DNA from: Bdellovibrionota bacterium | Lineage (GTDB): Bacteria; Bdellovibrionota; UBA1018; UBA923 | Assembly: GCA_040754655.1 (NCBI GenBank) | Contig: JBFMCE010000070.1 | Span: 1 to 20,765, forward strand | Reading direction: 5' to 3' | DNA length: 20,765 nt | Shown: positions 7,538 to 18,082 of the stretch, piece after piece | Layout of the letters: every line of letters starts with the position of its first letter | Position numbering within the stretch: the first letter of the stretch is position 1 | Notes under the pieces: generated by a model | The model's input: only the letters and a program-made list of their open reading frames with translations | Database searches by the model: none | Told to the model about the DNA's origin: nothing | Program-made: the position numbers and the translations under genes

Positions 7538-10500
7538 ATGTCTAGCCATCTTGGTCAAGAAATCTTCAATCGTTGGACACGTTCCTTTTCTCAAGTCGAA
7601 TTCGTAGGACTCAATTCAGCCGCGAAAGCGCTCGCACTTGCCGAACTCATCGTGAAATTCAACCAACGCGTCGCGGTAGTTTGCGCGAATGCCGAAGCTG
7701 CCTCGCGAATGCATCAAGACATCAAGGCGTTCGTCGCTCTTCTCGGAGGCGAAGAGCTCACCAATCAAATTGATTACTTTCCTGGTTGGGAACATTCACC
7801 ATACAAGGCATTCAACCCGTCTCTGAAAAATCGCATCCGGCGCCTTCGCACACTTCATCGCGCGCTCAATGCGGCCAATAGGGCGATCGTCACCGATATC
7901 GAGGCTTTCGCGCAGCGGTGCCCTACGATTGAGCAAATTCAAAACCGTGGTTTTACGCTGCGCGTGCAAGACGTTGTTAGCCGAGACGAGTTGGTCGCTA
8001 AACTTGAACAAGCCGGTTACGTTCGAAACGATCCTGTGGAAGACCCCGGCAGTTATACCGTGAGAGGGAGCATCTTTGATATTTTCTCGTCAGCATCGAA
8101 GAGACCTGTGCGAATCGACTTTTTCGATGACATGGTTGAAACTATCAGGAGCTACGATCCCAACTCGCAACGTAGCGACCAGGCGTCGCTGGGTGAAGCA
8201 ACGATCATCCCGACATCAGAACTCGCTCTGACGAACGAAGAGATCGCCGTTGGTAAGACCAATATCAAGAACCTTTGCGATGAATTCGGAATTCCGAAAC
8301 AAGCCCGCGATGAATTGTTTGAAAAACTCGATCTCGGAATTCGTGAGCCCTCTCTTGAGTACTTGCTCCCTCTGTTTAGTGACGCTGAACGCCCCTTCTT
8401 GCTCGAACACTTGCGCGGCGATTGGAAGCTTGCGATTGATGACTCATTCGGCGCTGAAAGCTCTTACGATGAACTCACCACTCGGCTAAAGGCTGACTTC
8501 AAACGAGCCGTCGCAGAGGGCAAGGTCGTCGCGCCCTGGGAAAGACTTTACGTGACGCCCGAGAGTTTCAATCTCGGGGAAAAAGCGTCCTTGCTGCTAG
8601 AAAGCATTTCCGTCGGAGTTCCCGAAGCTACGGTTCCCCAAGAAGATCAAGAATCGACTTCGCTTTCTCGTCGTTTAGAAGTCAAACTCTACTCAAACGC
8701 CGACATCTCGCCTCAAGAAAACCGGAAAGCTTCTTTTGAGCCTTTGGTTGAAAAAGCAAAGCTTTGGCAAGACAAAGGCTTTGCACGTGTGTGCATCGCA
8801 TCAACCAAAAGCCAGGCCGAACGCGTTAGTTTCTTGCTCAACCAAAAAGACATCCCTTGTCGAGTCGTATCGCAGATTGATTGGACAGAGCGTCTTGTCT
8901 TTCAGATTTGCGAAGGCTCGGTAAGTTCGGGATTTCGAATTCCAAGCCAAGAGCTTGTCGTCGTCACCGACGCCGAGATCTTCGGGCCAAAAAAACTCAG
9001 ATCGCATTCCACTCAAGGAGCGACCCAACCTGAAGTCAGCATGGGAAGCTTTGTTTCCTCCCTTGAAGACCTCAATGCAGACGAACTGATCGTACACAGC
9101 AAACACGGGATCGGACGTTATCGGGGTTTGATGAAGCTCGAAATCGACCGAGTTCCCCAAGACTTCTTGCTCATCGAATACGCTGGCGCCGACAAGCTTT
9201 ACCTGCCTGTTTACCGGCTCGATCAAGCCCAGCGCTACGTCGGCGCACAAGAAGGCGTCAGTCTTGATAAGCTTGGCACGAATCAGTTTGAAAAAACAAA
9301 GCAGAAGGTCAAGGCGGCGCTTCAAGATCTTGCCCATCAACTCTTGCAGCTCTACGCCAAAAGAGCGAGCAGAGAAGGTTTTTCGTTTTCCGCTAGAGAC
9401 GAAGACTACAGCGAATTCGAAGCAAGATTCCCGTATGCCGAAACTCCTGACCAACTAAAAGCCATCGAAGATGTCTCACGCGATATGGAGACCGACCGCA
9501 TCATGGATCGCCTCATCTGTGGCGACGTCGGTTACGGAAAGACCGAGGTAGCGATGCGTGCGGCTTTCCGGGCTGTCGTCGATGGGAAACAAGTCGTCGT
9601 TCTCGTTCCCACGACCGTCTTGGCGTTACAACATGAAAGATCATTTCGAGAGCGCTTCAAGACAGCGCCTCTTCCGGTGAACATCGGCGTATTGTCACGC
9701 TTCAAGACTCCCAAAGAAGTGAAAGAAACCCTCACTGGCCTCAAACAAGGAAGCGTGGACATCGTCATCGGCACTCACCGGTTGCTCTCAAAGGACGTGG
9801 CCTTTAAAGACCTTGGTTTGATCGTCATTGACGAGGAACAGCGTTTCGGCGTCGAACACAAAGAGAAACTCAAAGCCCTTCGCGTCAATACCGACGTACT
9901 TACGCTCACCGCGACTCCGATTCCGCGCACCCTTCAGCTCTCGCTCATGGGCATTCGAGACATCAGCGTGATCAATACTCCGCCCGTCGATCGATTGAGC
10001 GTGCGCACTTACATCGCGCGATTCAACGACGACGTGATCCGTTCGGCGATACAACAAGAGATCGCGCGCGGGGGGCAGGTCTTCTTCATCCACAACCGGG
10101 TTCAAAGCATCAATGCGATGGCCGATCGAATTCAGGCGATCGTGCCCGAAGCCAAGATCATCATCGCGCATGGGCAACTTGACGAGAAAACGCTTGAAGA
10201 ACGCATGCTTGAGTTCTACAACAAGAAGGGCAATGTGCTCATCTGCTCTACGATCATCGAATCGGGCTTAGACATCCCATCGGCCAATACGATGATCATC
10301 AATCGCGCCGACATGTTTGGCCTTTCCCAGCTCTACCAGCTTCGAGGTCGGGTAGGGCGCTCTCAGGTGCGAGCCTATTGCTACCTCCTTCTTCCGGAAG
10401 AGGGGGCCATCACCGAGGAGGCCAAGAAGAGGCTTGAAGTGATTCAACGCTTTGTGGATTTGGGGTCTGGCTTCAAGATCGCCTCACATGACCTTGAGCT

Positions 10501-11068
10501 CCGGGGCGGCGGCGATATCCTGGGGAAATCGCAGTCAGGGCACATCGCGGCCGTTGGATTCGAACTCTATGCCGAGCTACTCGATGAAACCATCAGGGAG
10601 CTTCGTGGCCAAGCGATCGAAGACCACTTCGATCCCGAGATTAAGCTGCCGGTGCCTGCGTTGCTGCCTGAGTCGTACGTTCCTGACGTCCACCAACGGC
10701 TTGGTTTTTATAAGAAACTTTCGCAAGCTTCTTCGGCCGAGATTCTGCATGCGCTCGAACTCGAACTCCAAGACCGTTACGGAAGAACTCCGACGGAGGT
10801 GCAAAACCTCATCTGGCTCATCCGAATCAAACAAATCCTGCGATTGCATCACATCAAAGCCCTCATCGCTGGCCCGGAAAGAACCTCGATCGACGCAGGA
10901 CAGGAGGCAAAACTTTCTCCCGTCAAAATGTTGACTCTAACCCAGCGAGAACCTCAGACCTACCTGCTCACGCCGGATTCGAAGGTCATCCTCAAACGCC
11001 CGTTCCAATCTGCCCAGCAGCTCTTTCACGATCTTGAGAAATTATTGACACAGGTTGCAGAGCACTAA
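7538..11068 (+). CDS. mfd: Transcription-repair coupling factor Mfd (1176 aa)
   Basis: UvrB-homology module (GY.R...VE.PG.Y.VRG.I.DIF), RID (VH.KHGIGRY.GL), [42 protein letters not shown] motif DLELRGGG. Confidence 0.99.
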   Translation: MSSHLGQEIFNRWTRSFSQVEFVGLNSAAKALALAELIVKFNQRVAVVCANAEAASRMHQDIKAFVALLGGEELTNQIDYFPGWEHSPYKAFNPSLKNRIRRLRTLHRALNAANRAIVTDIEAFAQRCPTIEQIQNRGFTLRVQDVVSRDELVAKLEQAGYVRNDPVEDPGSYTVRGSIFDIFSSASKRPVRIDFFDDMVETIRSYDPNSQRSDQASLGEATIIPTSELALTNEEIAVGKTNIKNLCDEFGIPKQARDELFEKLDLGIREPSLEYLLPLFSDAERPFLLEHLRGDWKLAIDDSFGAESSYDELTTRLKADFKRAVAEGKVVAPWERLYVTPESFNLGEKASLLLESISVGVPEATVPQEDQESTSLSRRLEVKLYSNADISPQENRKASFEPLVEKAKLWQDKGFARVCIASTKSQAERVSFLLNQKDIPCRVVSQIDWTERLVFQICEGSVSSGFRIPSQELVVVTDAEIFGPKKLRSHSTQGATQPEVSMGSFVSSLEDLNADELIVHSKHGIGRYRGLMKLEIDRVPQDFLLIEYAGADKLYLPVYRLDQAQRYVGAQEGVSLDKLGTNQFEKTKQKVKAALQDLAHQLLQLYAKRASREGFSFSARDEDYSEFEARFPYAETPDQLKAIEDVSRDMETDRIMDRLICGDVGYGKTEVAMRAAFRAVVDGKQVVVLVPTTVLALQHERSFRERFKTAPLPVNIGVLSRFKTPKEVKETLTGLKQGSVDIVIGTHRLLSKDVAFKDLGLIVIDEEQRFGVEHKEKLKALRVNTDVLTLTATPIPRTLQLSLMGIRDISVINTPPVDRLSVRTYIARFNDDVIRSAIQQEIARGGQVFFIHNRVQSINAMADRIQAIVPEAKIIIAHGQLDEKTLEERMLEFYNKKGNVLICSTIIESGLDIPSANTMIINRADMFGLSQLYQLRGRVGRSQVRAYCYLLLPEEGAITEEAKKRLEVIQRFVDLGSGFKIASHDLELRGGGDILGKSQSGHIAAVGFELYAELLDETIRELRGQAIEDHFDPEIKLPVPALLPESYVPDVHQRLGFYKKLSQASSAEILHALELELQDRYGRTPTEVQNLIWLIRIKQILRLHHIKALIAGPERTSIDAGQEAKLSPVKMLTLTQREPQTYLLTPDSKVILKRPFQSAQQLFHDLEKLLTQVAEH

Positions 11069-11083
11069 TGTGCATGTTAGAAT
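11055..11083 (+). promoter_or_regulatory. Sigma70-type promoter for the PPIase gene, overlapping the mfd stop codon
   Basis: TTGCAG(11055-11060)-N17-TAGAAT(11078-11083) with extended -10 TG at 11075-11076; GAGGG SD before ATG 11125. Confidence 0.65.
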
Positions 11084-11124
11084 TTTTTTGTTGCACTATA
11101 TCTTTAGGATGAAGAGGGTCGCCC

Positions 11125-11958
11125 ATGGGCAAAGCGCTTATATTGACAGGCATGTTGTGTGCAGTGATTACGAGTCCGATGGTTCACGCAGCCACTGAGC
11201 TTGCGCGAGTGAATTCGAAAGTAATCACTCTCGAAGAGTTCAATAACAAATACAAAGAGAACCTAAAGTTCTTTCGTTACAAGACTCCGACGAAAGAAAA
11301 CGTTCTTGATGAGATGATCAAGCGCGATCTGGGCGTTCAAGAGGCTAAGAAGCTTGGTTTGGATAAAGACCCGGAAGTGATCGAGCGCATCAACACCGTC
11401 CTTTACCACTCGCTCCTCGACAAGAAACTTTCCTCGAAGTTTGAAACGATCCAAGTCAGCAACAATGAGATTGAAGACCATTACAAAAAAAATCCCGAGA
11501 TCCGAACCTCACACATCTTTGTTCAAGTCAGGTTCGATGCCAACAAGGCTCAAGACAAGAAAGCCCTTGAGAAGATCAAAAAGGTTCAAGGCATTTTAAA
11601 CGACGCATTGAAATCAGGCAAACAAACCTTCGCGGAAGTCGCTCGTACATACTCTGAGGGTGTCGCCGCACCGGCGGGCGGCGATATCGACTACCAAACC
11701 AAAGACAAACTTGACCCCGCTTATTACCAGACGGCTGTGAATCTTAAGAAGGTCGGAGCGGTGAGCGATATCGTTCGTTCTCAGTTTGGCTATCATATCA
11801 TCAAGCTCACTGGCCTCAAAGAGTTCAAAGACGTCGACCGCGGACACTATAAGCGCATGGTTTTCGATGAAAAACGCGCAAAAATCTTCGACTCTTATAT
11901 GGATGACCTTAAAAAGAAGGCCAGCATCACGGTACGCCGTGAATTGATCAAAGATTAA
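11125..11958 (+). CDS. Exported parvulin (PpiC/PrsA-type) peptidyl-prolyl isomerase / foldase (277 aa)
   Basis: Sec signal ending VHA; LARVN...ITL.EF chaperone N-terminus; rotamase motifs SHIFV, FAEVARTYSE, GGDI, VRSQFGYHIIKL. Confidence 0.92.
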   Translation: MGKALILTGMLCAVITSPMVHAATELARVNSKVITLEEFNNKYKENLKFFRYKTPTKENVLDEMIKRDLGVQEAKKLGLDKDPEVIERINTVLYHSLLDKKLSSKFETIQVSNNEIEDHYKKNPEIRTSHIFVQVRFDANKAQDKKALEKIKKVQGILNDALKSGKQTFAEVARTYSEGVAAPAGGDIDYQTKDKLDPAYYQTAVNLKKVGAVSDIVRSQFGYHIIKLTGLKEFKDVDRGHYKRMVFDEKRAKIFDSYMDDLKKKASITVRRELIKD

Positions 11959-12022
11959 AGGTCAGCCTGTGTTTTAGTCTGCTCTTGCCTTAACCCTGGA
12001 TTCCGCGGTAGTTTGGGCTCGT

Positions 12023-12994
12023 ATGGACCCTAAGAACGCACGCTCGTTTTTCATCTCTCTTCTTGGTTTGTGCGCTATCTCAGCTTTCGCGCTCGAGATG
12101 CCTGCGCACGCCGCATTAATTGATAAAACTGCGGCAATCGTCAACAACGAGGCCATCTTGCTCTCAGATGCAAGACGTTTTGAGCGTACATTGGGCTTGA
12201 GACGAGAGCTTGACCCGCTATTCGGTTTTTCAGAAGAACTTGAGGCTGGCAAACTTTCGAACTCCAAAGTCCTCGATTTCCTCGTGCAAGAACGCCTGAT
12301 TGCCCAAAACTTCAAGGTAACTGATTCAGAGGTCGAGCAAGAAATCCAAACCGTCCAGCGCAACAACAACCTCAATAGGGAGCAGTTGGTCGATTTCTTA
12401 AAGGCCAAGGGCTTTTCTTTCCCAGATTACTACGAGCTTATGAGGGTGGGGCTTTCGAAACGAAACCTCCTCGACAAAGAAATCCGTACTCGAGTCAATA
12501 TCAGCGAAGAAGACAAGCGCAATTATTTTTACAATAATGTGATGAAGAATTCGAAGACCCCGCTCGAATACAATCTTCAACTCATCATGATCAGCAACAA
12601 GAGTTATAAAACTCCCAAAGCCGCTCTAGAGGCCGCTCAAAACGCTTTGCGCTCAATCAAGCAAGGCGAATCTTTCGCGGAAGTGGCTAAAAGCAGCTCA
12701 GATCACCCCTCAGCCCGGCAGGGAGGAACGCTTGACTATATTTCATCTGAGCAATTGGGAGAACCCCTTCGCTCAGAGGCGCGTAAACTTGCCATTGGAG
12801 CCGTCAGTGATGTGATCAAGACGTCAGATGGTCACCTCATTGTGAAGCTTCTCGATGCTCGATCCACCGAATCTCAGAAGTATAAGGAAATGAAAGATCA
12901 AATCGAAGAACGCCTGGCGCGGGTCGAGTACAAGAAACAGCTCTTCATTTGGGCTGAACGGGCCAGAAACGATGCCTACGTTCGCCTCAATTAA
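12023..12994 (+). CDS. surA: SurA-like periplasmic chaperone with one parvulin domain (323 aa)
   Basis: Signal peptide; IDK.AAIVNNE.ILLSD SurA N-domain; FAEVAK..SD....GG.L parvulin remnant; immediately upstream of pdxA as in the common surA-pdxA linkage. Confidence 0.82.
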   Translation: MDPKNARSFFISLLGLCAISAFALEMPAHAALIDKTAAIVNNEAILLSDARRFERTLGLRRELDPLFGFSEELEAGKLSNSKVLDFLVQERLIAQNFKVTDSEVEQEIQTVQRNNNLNREQLVDFLKAKGFSFPDYYELMRVGLSKRNLLDKEIRTRVNISEEDKRNYFYNNVMKNSKTPLEYNLQLIMISNKSYKTPKAALEAAQNALRSIKQGESFAEVAKSSSDHPSARQGGTLDYISSEQLGEPLRSEARKLAIGAVSDVIKTSDGHLIVKLLDARSTESQKYKEMKDQIEERLARVEYKKQLFIWAERARNDAYVRLN

Positions 12995-14015
12995 GCCGGC
13001 AACCAAGCTCATCGGAATCACAACCGGCGATCACCGCGGTATCGGCGCTGAAGTCATCGCCAAAGGCCTGAAGAAGTTTTTTAGCAAAACACTCGAACCC
13101 TCGGATGTGGTCATCTTTGGCAAACCCGAGCTGTACAGGCCATTTCACAAGCTCCTTCCAAAAGAATGGCATAGCTGGACGGAAAAAGAATTCTTGGCCC
13201 CGGATTGGGCGGGCCCAGAGAGGGCCGCCCTGAATTTCGTCGTCCCTGATTCCACCCAAATCCCAAAAAACCTTCGAAGCGCTTATTTCTGCGGCCGATA
13301 TATCGAGCTTGCGACTCTTTCAGCTTTGTCCGGAAGGCTCAGCGCGATCACAACAGGTCCAATTGATAAGAGTGAACTCAAACGCGGCGGGTATCCTTTT
13401 GACGGGCATACCGAAATGCTGAGAAATCTTTGCAAGGCCCCCTCTGTGACTATGATGATGGCGGGTCCGCAAATGAAAGCCTCTCTCGCGACCGTGCATG
13501 TCGCATTGAAAGATGTCGCTCAAACCCTCACCATTGAAAACATCGCCACTTGCATTGAAAACACGGCCCTGGGTTTGGTGCGCGACTTTGGGATCAAGCG
13601 ACCTAAGATCGCGGTTCTCGGGCTCAATCCCCACGCTAGCGACCAAGGTCTCTTCGGGAATGAAGAGCGTGATAAAATCAAACCCGCGATCAAACGCGCT
13701 CGTTCACGTTTTCCTCGCATTGAAATCGACGGCCCTTTCCCGCCAGATGGCTTTTTTGCGCAGTGGCGGTCGAGGCACGCCTTGAATTTTGATGCAATTG
13801 TTTGCATGTATCACGACCAGGGCCTTATTCCGGCCAAATTACTCGACTTTGAAAATACGGTAAACGTAAGCTTAGGTTTACCTATCGTGAGAACTTCGGT
13901 AGATCACGGCGTAGGATATGACATTGCCGGCAAGAACAAGGCCGATCCTTCTAGCTTTTGTGCTGCGTTAGCACTTGCTGTAGAGATCACGCGGCGGCGC
14001 TGGTCACGCAAATAG
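12972..14015 (+). CDS. pdxA: 4-hydroxythreonine-4-phosphate dehydrogenase PdxA
   Basis: IT.GD..GIG.E, GPI.K, GHTE, T.H, GLNPHA, MYHDQGL, N...GLP.VRTSVDHG; the three metal-binding His are present. Confidence 0.96.
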   Translation: MPTFASIKPATKLIGITTGDHRGIGAEVIAKGLKKFFSKTLEPSDVVIFGKPELYRPFHKLLPKEWHSWTEKEFLAPDWAGPERAALNFVVPDSTQIPKNLRSAYFCGRYIELATLSALSGRLSAITTGPIDKSELKRGGYPFDGHTEMLRNLCKAPSVTMMMAGPQMKASLATVHVALKDVAQTLTIENIATCIENTALGLVRDFGIKRPKIAVLGLNPHASDQGLFGNEERDKIKPAIKRARSRFPRIEIDGPFPPDGFFAQWRSRHALNFDAIVCMYHDQGLIPAKLLDFENTVNVSLGLPIVRTSVDHGVGYDIAGKNKADPSSFCAALALAVEITRRRWSRK

Positions 14016-14023
14016 GAGCAAAA

Positions 14024-15445
14024 ATGAGTTACGCAGAAAAAATCTTCCGTGAATACGACATCCGCGGCGTTTATGGCAAAGATTACGACGCGGAGTTTGC
14101 GAGTCTCTTGGGCCATGGGCTGACCACTTATTTTCGCAAGCACTCAAGACCGGGCAAAGGACGCGATGTCTTTCGAATCGCCATAGGGCGCGACGCTAGG
14201 CCCTCGGGCGATGAGATCACGCCAAAGTTCATCGATGCGCTTGTCCGCGAAGGATTTGACGTTTATGACCTGGGCATTGTTCCCACCCCGCTCGTGTATT
14301 TCTCGACATTCAATCTTGACGTCGATGGCGCTGTTTCGATCACGGGCAGTCACAATCCATCTGAGTACAATGGCTTTAAGATTTGCCTTGGCACCTCGAC
14401 TCTTCATGGGGAGAACATCCAAGAATTGCGCGAGATTTGCTCAAAGATCGTCAAACACATCCCAACCACGAACACCAGCATGCCAGGCAAACCGGCAATG
14501 GGCAGGATCTCGAAACAAGACATCATTACTCCCTATATTGCCGACGTGAAGGGACGCATCAAGATCGCAAGACCCATCACGGTAGTCATAGACTCAGGAA
14601 ATGGAACCGCCTGCACGGTAGCTCCAAAGCTGCTTTCAGAGCTTGGTTGCAAGGTCATTCCTCTTTTCTGCGATCTTGATGGAACTTTTCCAAACCACCA
14701 TCCAGATCCGACGGTGGTCGAAAACTTAAGAGACCTTCAAAAGGAAGTTCTCGCGCATAAAGCCGATCTGGGGATCGCCTATGACGGAGACTCTGATCGC
14801 ATCGGCGCGGTCGATGAAAAAGGGACACCCATCTTTGGCGATGAGTTGATGGTGCTTTACTCGAGAGAGATTCTTTCACGCAAACCGGGCGCGACGATCA
14901 TCTCTGAGGTCAAGAGCAGCAATAGGCTTTACAACGACATCGCTAAACACGGGGGTAAGCCATTGATGTGGAAGACGGGCCATTCTCTCATCAAAGCAAA
15001 GATGAAAGAAGAACATGCGGAACTTGCCGGGGAAATGAGCGGCCATATCTTCTTTGCCGACCGCTATTATGGCTATGACGACGCAATCTACGCCTCAGCG
15101 CGTCTGCTAGAACTTTTGAGCAAGCAAAAGGGAACTTTATCTTCATTGCTCTCTGACCTTCCTCCTTCCGTCAGCACTCCTGAGATCCGCGTGGACTGCG
15201 AGGATGAGATCAAGTTTGAAGTCGTCAGTCGAGTTCGCAAAAACCTGGCGAGCCGTTTTAAAACCATTGATATTGACGGAGTGCGCATCGAAACTCCCCA
15301 AGGGTGGGGACTTTTGCGTGCGTCCAACACCCAGCCTGTGGTAGTAATGCGCTTTGAAGCGACCTCAAACTCTGATTTAGAGTCACTTAGAAAGACGATA
15401 GAAGATGCTTTCGAAGCAGCACGACGGGAAGTCAAATCGGCCTAA
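14024..15445 (+). CDS. Phosphomannomutase/phosphoglucomutase (AlgC-like, about 473 aa)
   Basis: [15 protein letters not shown] catalytic Ser, DGDSDR metal loop, GEMSGH, RASNTQP. Start re-assigned to ATG 14024 (AGGAG SD at 14014-14018). Confidence 0.96.
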   Translation: MSYAEKIFREYDIRGVYGKDYDAEFASLLGHGLTTYFRKHSRPGKGRDVFRIAIGRDARPSGDEITPKFIDALVREGFDVYDLGIVPTPLVYFSTFNLDVDGAVSITGSHNPSEYNGFKICLGTSTLHGENIQELREICSKIVKHIPTTNTSMPGKPAMGRISKQDIITPYIADVKGRIKIARPITVVIDSGNGTACTVAPKLLSELGCKVIPLFCDLDGTFPNHHPDPTVVENLRDLQKEVLAHKADLGIAYDGDSDRIGAVDEKGTPIFGDELMVLYSREILSRKPGATIISEVKSSNRLYNDIAKHGGKPLMWKTGHSLIKAKMKEEHAELAGEMSGHIFFADRYYGYDDAIYASARLLELLSKQKGTLSSLLSDLPPSVSTPEIRVDCEDEIKFEVVSRVRKNLASRFKTIDIDGVRIETPQGWGLLRASNTQPVVVMRFEATSNSDLESLRKTIEDAFEAARREVKSA

Positions 15446-18047
15446 CAAGAAGATCAAGGAAATCGCGACCTCAAATGATGAATTCATCGTCATCAAGGGT
15501 GCGAAAGAACACAATCTCAAGAATCTGAATATTTCGATTCCGCGGGAAACCCTCACGGTGATCACCGGGCTTAGCGGTTCGGGCAAATCTTCGCTAGCCT
15601 TTGATACTATCTTCGCTGAAGGCCAACGCCGTTACGTCGAATCGCTCTCAACTTATGCTCGTCAGTTTTTAGAAACTCTTGATAAACCTGATGTGGAAAG
15701 TGTTGACGGGCTGTCTCCAACGATCTCAATTCAACAAAAAACGACTTCTCACAACCCACGTTCGACCGTCGGCACAGTGACCGAAGTTTACGATTATCTA
15801 AGGCTGCTTTACGCAAGGCTTGCAAAGCCGTTTTGCCACCAGTGCGGAAAACCCATTTCAAGCCAAACGGCGCAACAAATCGTAGACCGGGTGCTGGAGC
15901 TGCCAGACAACTCTAAGATCTGCATCCTGGCTCCGATCGTTCGAGGGCGAAAAGGCGAGTACCAAAAAGAACTGATCGCCATGCGGCAAAAAGGGTTCTC
16001 CCGTGTGCGCATTGACGGAGAGGTCTTGGATTTGAGCCAAGACATCGCGCTCGACAAGCAGAAAAAACACAACATCGACGTGTACGTAGACCGACTCATT
16101 TTGAGGCGATCGACACCGGCGGCCAAGGGATTTGATCCCATCCGAGGCAGGCTTCAAGAGTCGATTGAGACCGCCCTCAAACTCGCTGAAGGCTTGGTCA
16201 AGGTTGAGCTACCTGATGAAAACACTGAAACCCTTTATTCCGAGAAATTCGCCTGCATCGATTGCGGCATCTCGTATCCCGCACCCGAGCCACGTACTTT
16301 CTCATTCAACTCGCCTATGGGAGCCTGCCCTGAGTGCAACGGGTTGGGTTATTTCGTGGAAGAACCGTCGAATGAGGACGAAGACGAAGAAGATCTTAAC
16401 GCATCAACCACGGCCGCCATAGATGTGTGGACGAAATGCGAGAAATGCAAGGGGACAAGGCTCAAGCAGGAATCTTTGTATTTCAAGATTCATGATCGAA
16501 ACATCGCCGATCTAAGCTCGATGTCGATCGAAAGGCTTGCTGAATTTTTTGGCAAGGCCAAGTTTGCCGAACGAGACCTGATGGTGGCTGACCGGATCTT
16601 AAAGGAAATCAAAGACAGGTTGGGATTTTTGTTGCATGTCGGGGTAGGGTACATTTCGCTCGACAGAGCGGCTCAAACCCTTTCAGGAGGCGAGAGTCAA
16701 CGTATTCGGTTGGCTACGCAAATCGGGTCGTCTTTGGTGGGTGTCATTTATGTCCTTGATGAACCCAGCATCGGACTCCATCAGCGCGACAACAACAGGT
16801 TGCTTGAAACCCTCGAGAGATTGCGCGATATGGGAAACACCGTCTTGGTCGTAGAACACGATGAAGACACGATTCGAAAGGCCAATCACGTGATTGACCT
16901 TGGTCCCAGGGCAGGCACTCAAGGAGGGGAATTGGTTGCGCAAGGCACCCTTGAAGAGGTGTGCGCGAATCCCAAATCGCTCACGGGCCAATACCTCACG
17001 TCGAAACTAAAGATCGAAGTGCCTAAAACGAGAAGGCCTTACAACGATCAACATGCAATCAAACTCAAAGATGTGGCCCAGAACAACCTAAAGTCAGTAG
17101 ATGCCACGTTCCCTCTAGGGGTTTTCACGTGCGTAACAGGGGTTTCAGGTTCAGGAAAATCGACCCTTGTGATCGACACGCTCTATGCGCTTCTAATGAA
17201 AGAGCTCCACAACACGAAAATTTCTGAGCTAAACTTCAAATCCATCGAAGGCCAAGAGCTCATCGACAAAGTCATCGATATCGATCAATCTCCGATCGGT
17301 CGCACGCCTCGCAGTAACCCAGCCACTTATACGGGCACATTCAGCATGATTCGTGATCTTTTCGCGATGCTGCCCGAGGCTCGAATGAGGGGGTTTAAGC
17401 CTGGCAGGTTTTCGTTCAACGTAAAGGGGGGAAGATGCGAGCGTTGTAAAGGCGACGGACTCGTACGCGTTGAGATGCATTTTTTATCCGACATTTACGT
17501 CACTTGTGATGAGTGTTCGGGCCGCAGGTACAATGAAGAGACCCTTTCGATTCACTACAAAGGAAAATCCATCTCTGACGTCCTTGCGATGACGATCGAT
17601 GACGCCACTCAGTTCTTTGAGAATGTTCCCAACCTTTCGCAAAAACTTCGGACCTTAAGCGAAGTAGGGCTTGGGTATATTACGCTTGGCCAAAGCGCCA
17701 CCACGCTTTCCGGAGGGGAAGCGCAGCGAATGAAGCTTGCGCGTGAGCTTTCGAGGCGTGCAACCGGGCGTACGCTCTACATCCTGGACGAACCCTCAAC
17801 AGGTTTGCATTTTGACGATGTCCGAAAGCTCATTCAGGTCTTGCACCGGCTGGTTGATCAAGGAAACTCTGTGATTGTGATCGAACACAACCTTGAGATC
17901 ATCAAAACCGCCGATTACATCATCGACTTAGGCCCGGAAGGCGGCGAGGGCGGGGGAGAAGTCCTGATTCAGGGCACTCCGGAACAAGTCGCAAAGCTTC
18001 CGCGATCGTATACCGGTCACTATCTAAAACCTTATCTTAGGAACTGA
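15405..18047 (+). CDS. uvrA: Excinuclease ABC subunit A, lacking the insertion domain (880 aa)
   Basis: GA.EHNLKN, two Walker A motifs ([18 protein letters not shown]), two LSGGE.QR signatures, LDEPS, Zn-finger CxxC pairs. Start uncertain: it overlaps the PMM gene by 41 nt. Confidence 0.98.
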   Translation: MLSKQHDGKSNRPNKKIKEIATSNDEFIVIKGAKEHNLKNLNISIPRETLTVITGLSGSGKSSLAFDTIFAEGQRRYVESLSTYARQFLETLDKPDVESVDGLSPTISIQQKTTSHNPRSTVGTVTEVYDYLRLLYARLAKPFCHQCGKPISSQTAQQIVDRVLELPDNSKICILAPIVRGRKGEYQKELIAMRQKGFSRVRIDGEVLDLSQDIALDKQKKHNIDVYVDRLILRRSTPAAKGFDPIRGRLQESIETALKLAEGLVKVELPDENTETLYSEKFACIDCGISYPAPEPRTFSFNSPMGACPECNGLGYFVEEPSNEDEDEEDLNASTTAAIDVWTKCEKCKGTRLKQESLYFKIHDRNIADLSSMSIERLAEFFGKAKFAERDLMVADRILKEIKDRLGFLLHVGVGYISLDRAAQTLSGGESQRIRLATQIGSSLVGVIYVLDEPSIGLHQRDNNRLLETLERLRDMGNTVLVVEHDEDTIRKANHVIDLGPRAGTQGGELVAQGTLEEVCANPKSLTGQYLTSKLKIEVPKTRRPYNDQHAIKLKDVAQNNLKSVDATFPLGVFTCVTGVSGSGKSTLVIDTLYALLMKELHNTKISELNFKSIEGQELIDKVIDIDQSPIGRTPRSNPATYTGTFSMIRDLFAMLPEARMRGFKPGRFSFNVKGGRCERCKGDGLVRVEMHFLSDIYVTCDECSGRRYNEETLSIHYKGKSISDVLAMTIDDATQFFENVPNLSQKLRTLSEVGLGYITLGQSATTLSGGEAQRMKLARELSRRATGRTLYILDEPSTGLHFDDVRKLIQVLHRLVDQGNSVIVIEHNLEIIKTADYIIDLGPEGGEGGGEVLIQGTPEQVAKLPRSYTGHYLKPYLRN

Positions 18048-18082
18048 AAATTCACATCACCGTCTAGAAGGAGGCTCTCTCT

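Noticed and set aside
11062..11089. GCAC-TAAT-GTGC hairpin plus T-run as an mfd terminator
   Set aside because: 4-bp stem separated from the T-run; better explained as the promoter spacer.
13958..14023. Cys-rich N-terminal extension (MCCVSTCC) of the phosphomutase
   Set aside because: Artefact of an upstream alternative start inside pdxA; ATG 14024 has a strong SD and a family-typical N-terminus.
18048..18082. Intrinsic terminator between convergent uvrA and the 474-aa gene
   Set aside because: Only a weak, short GGAG/CTCT pairing and no convincing U-tract.
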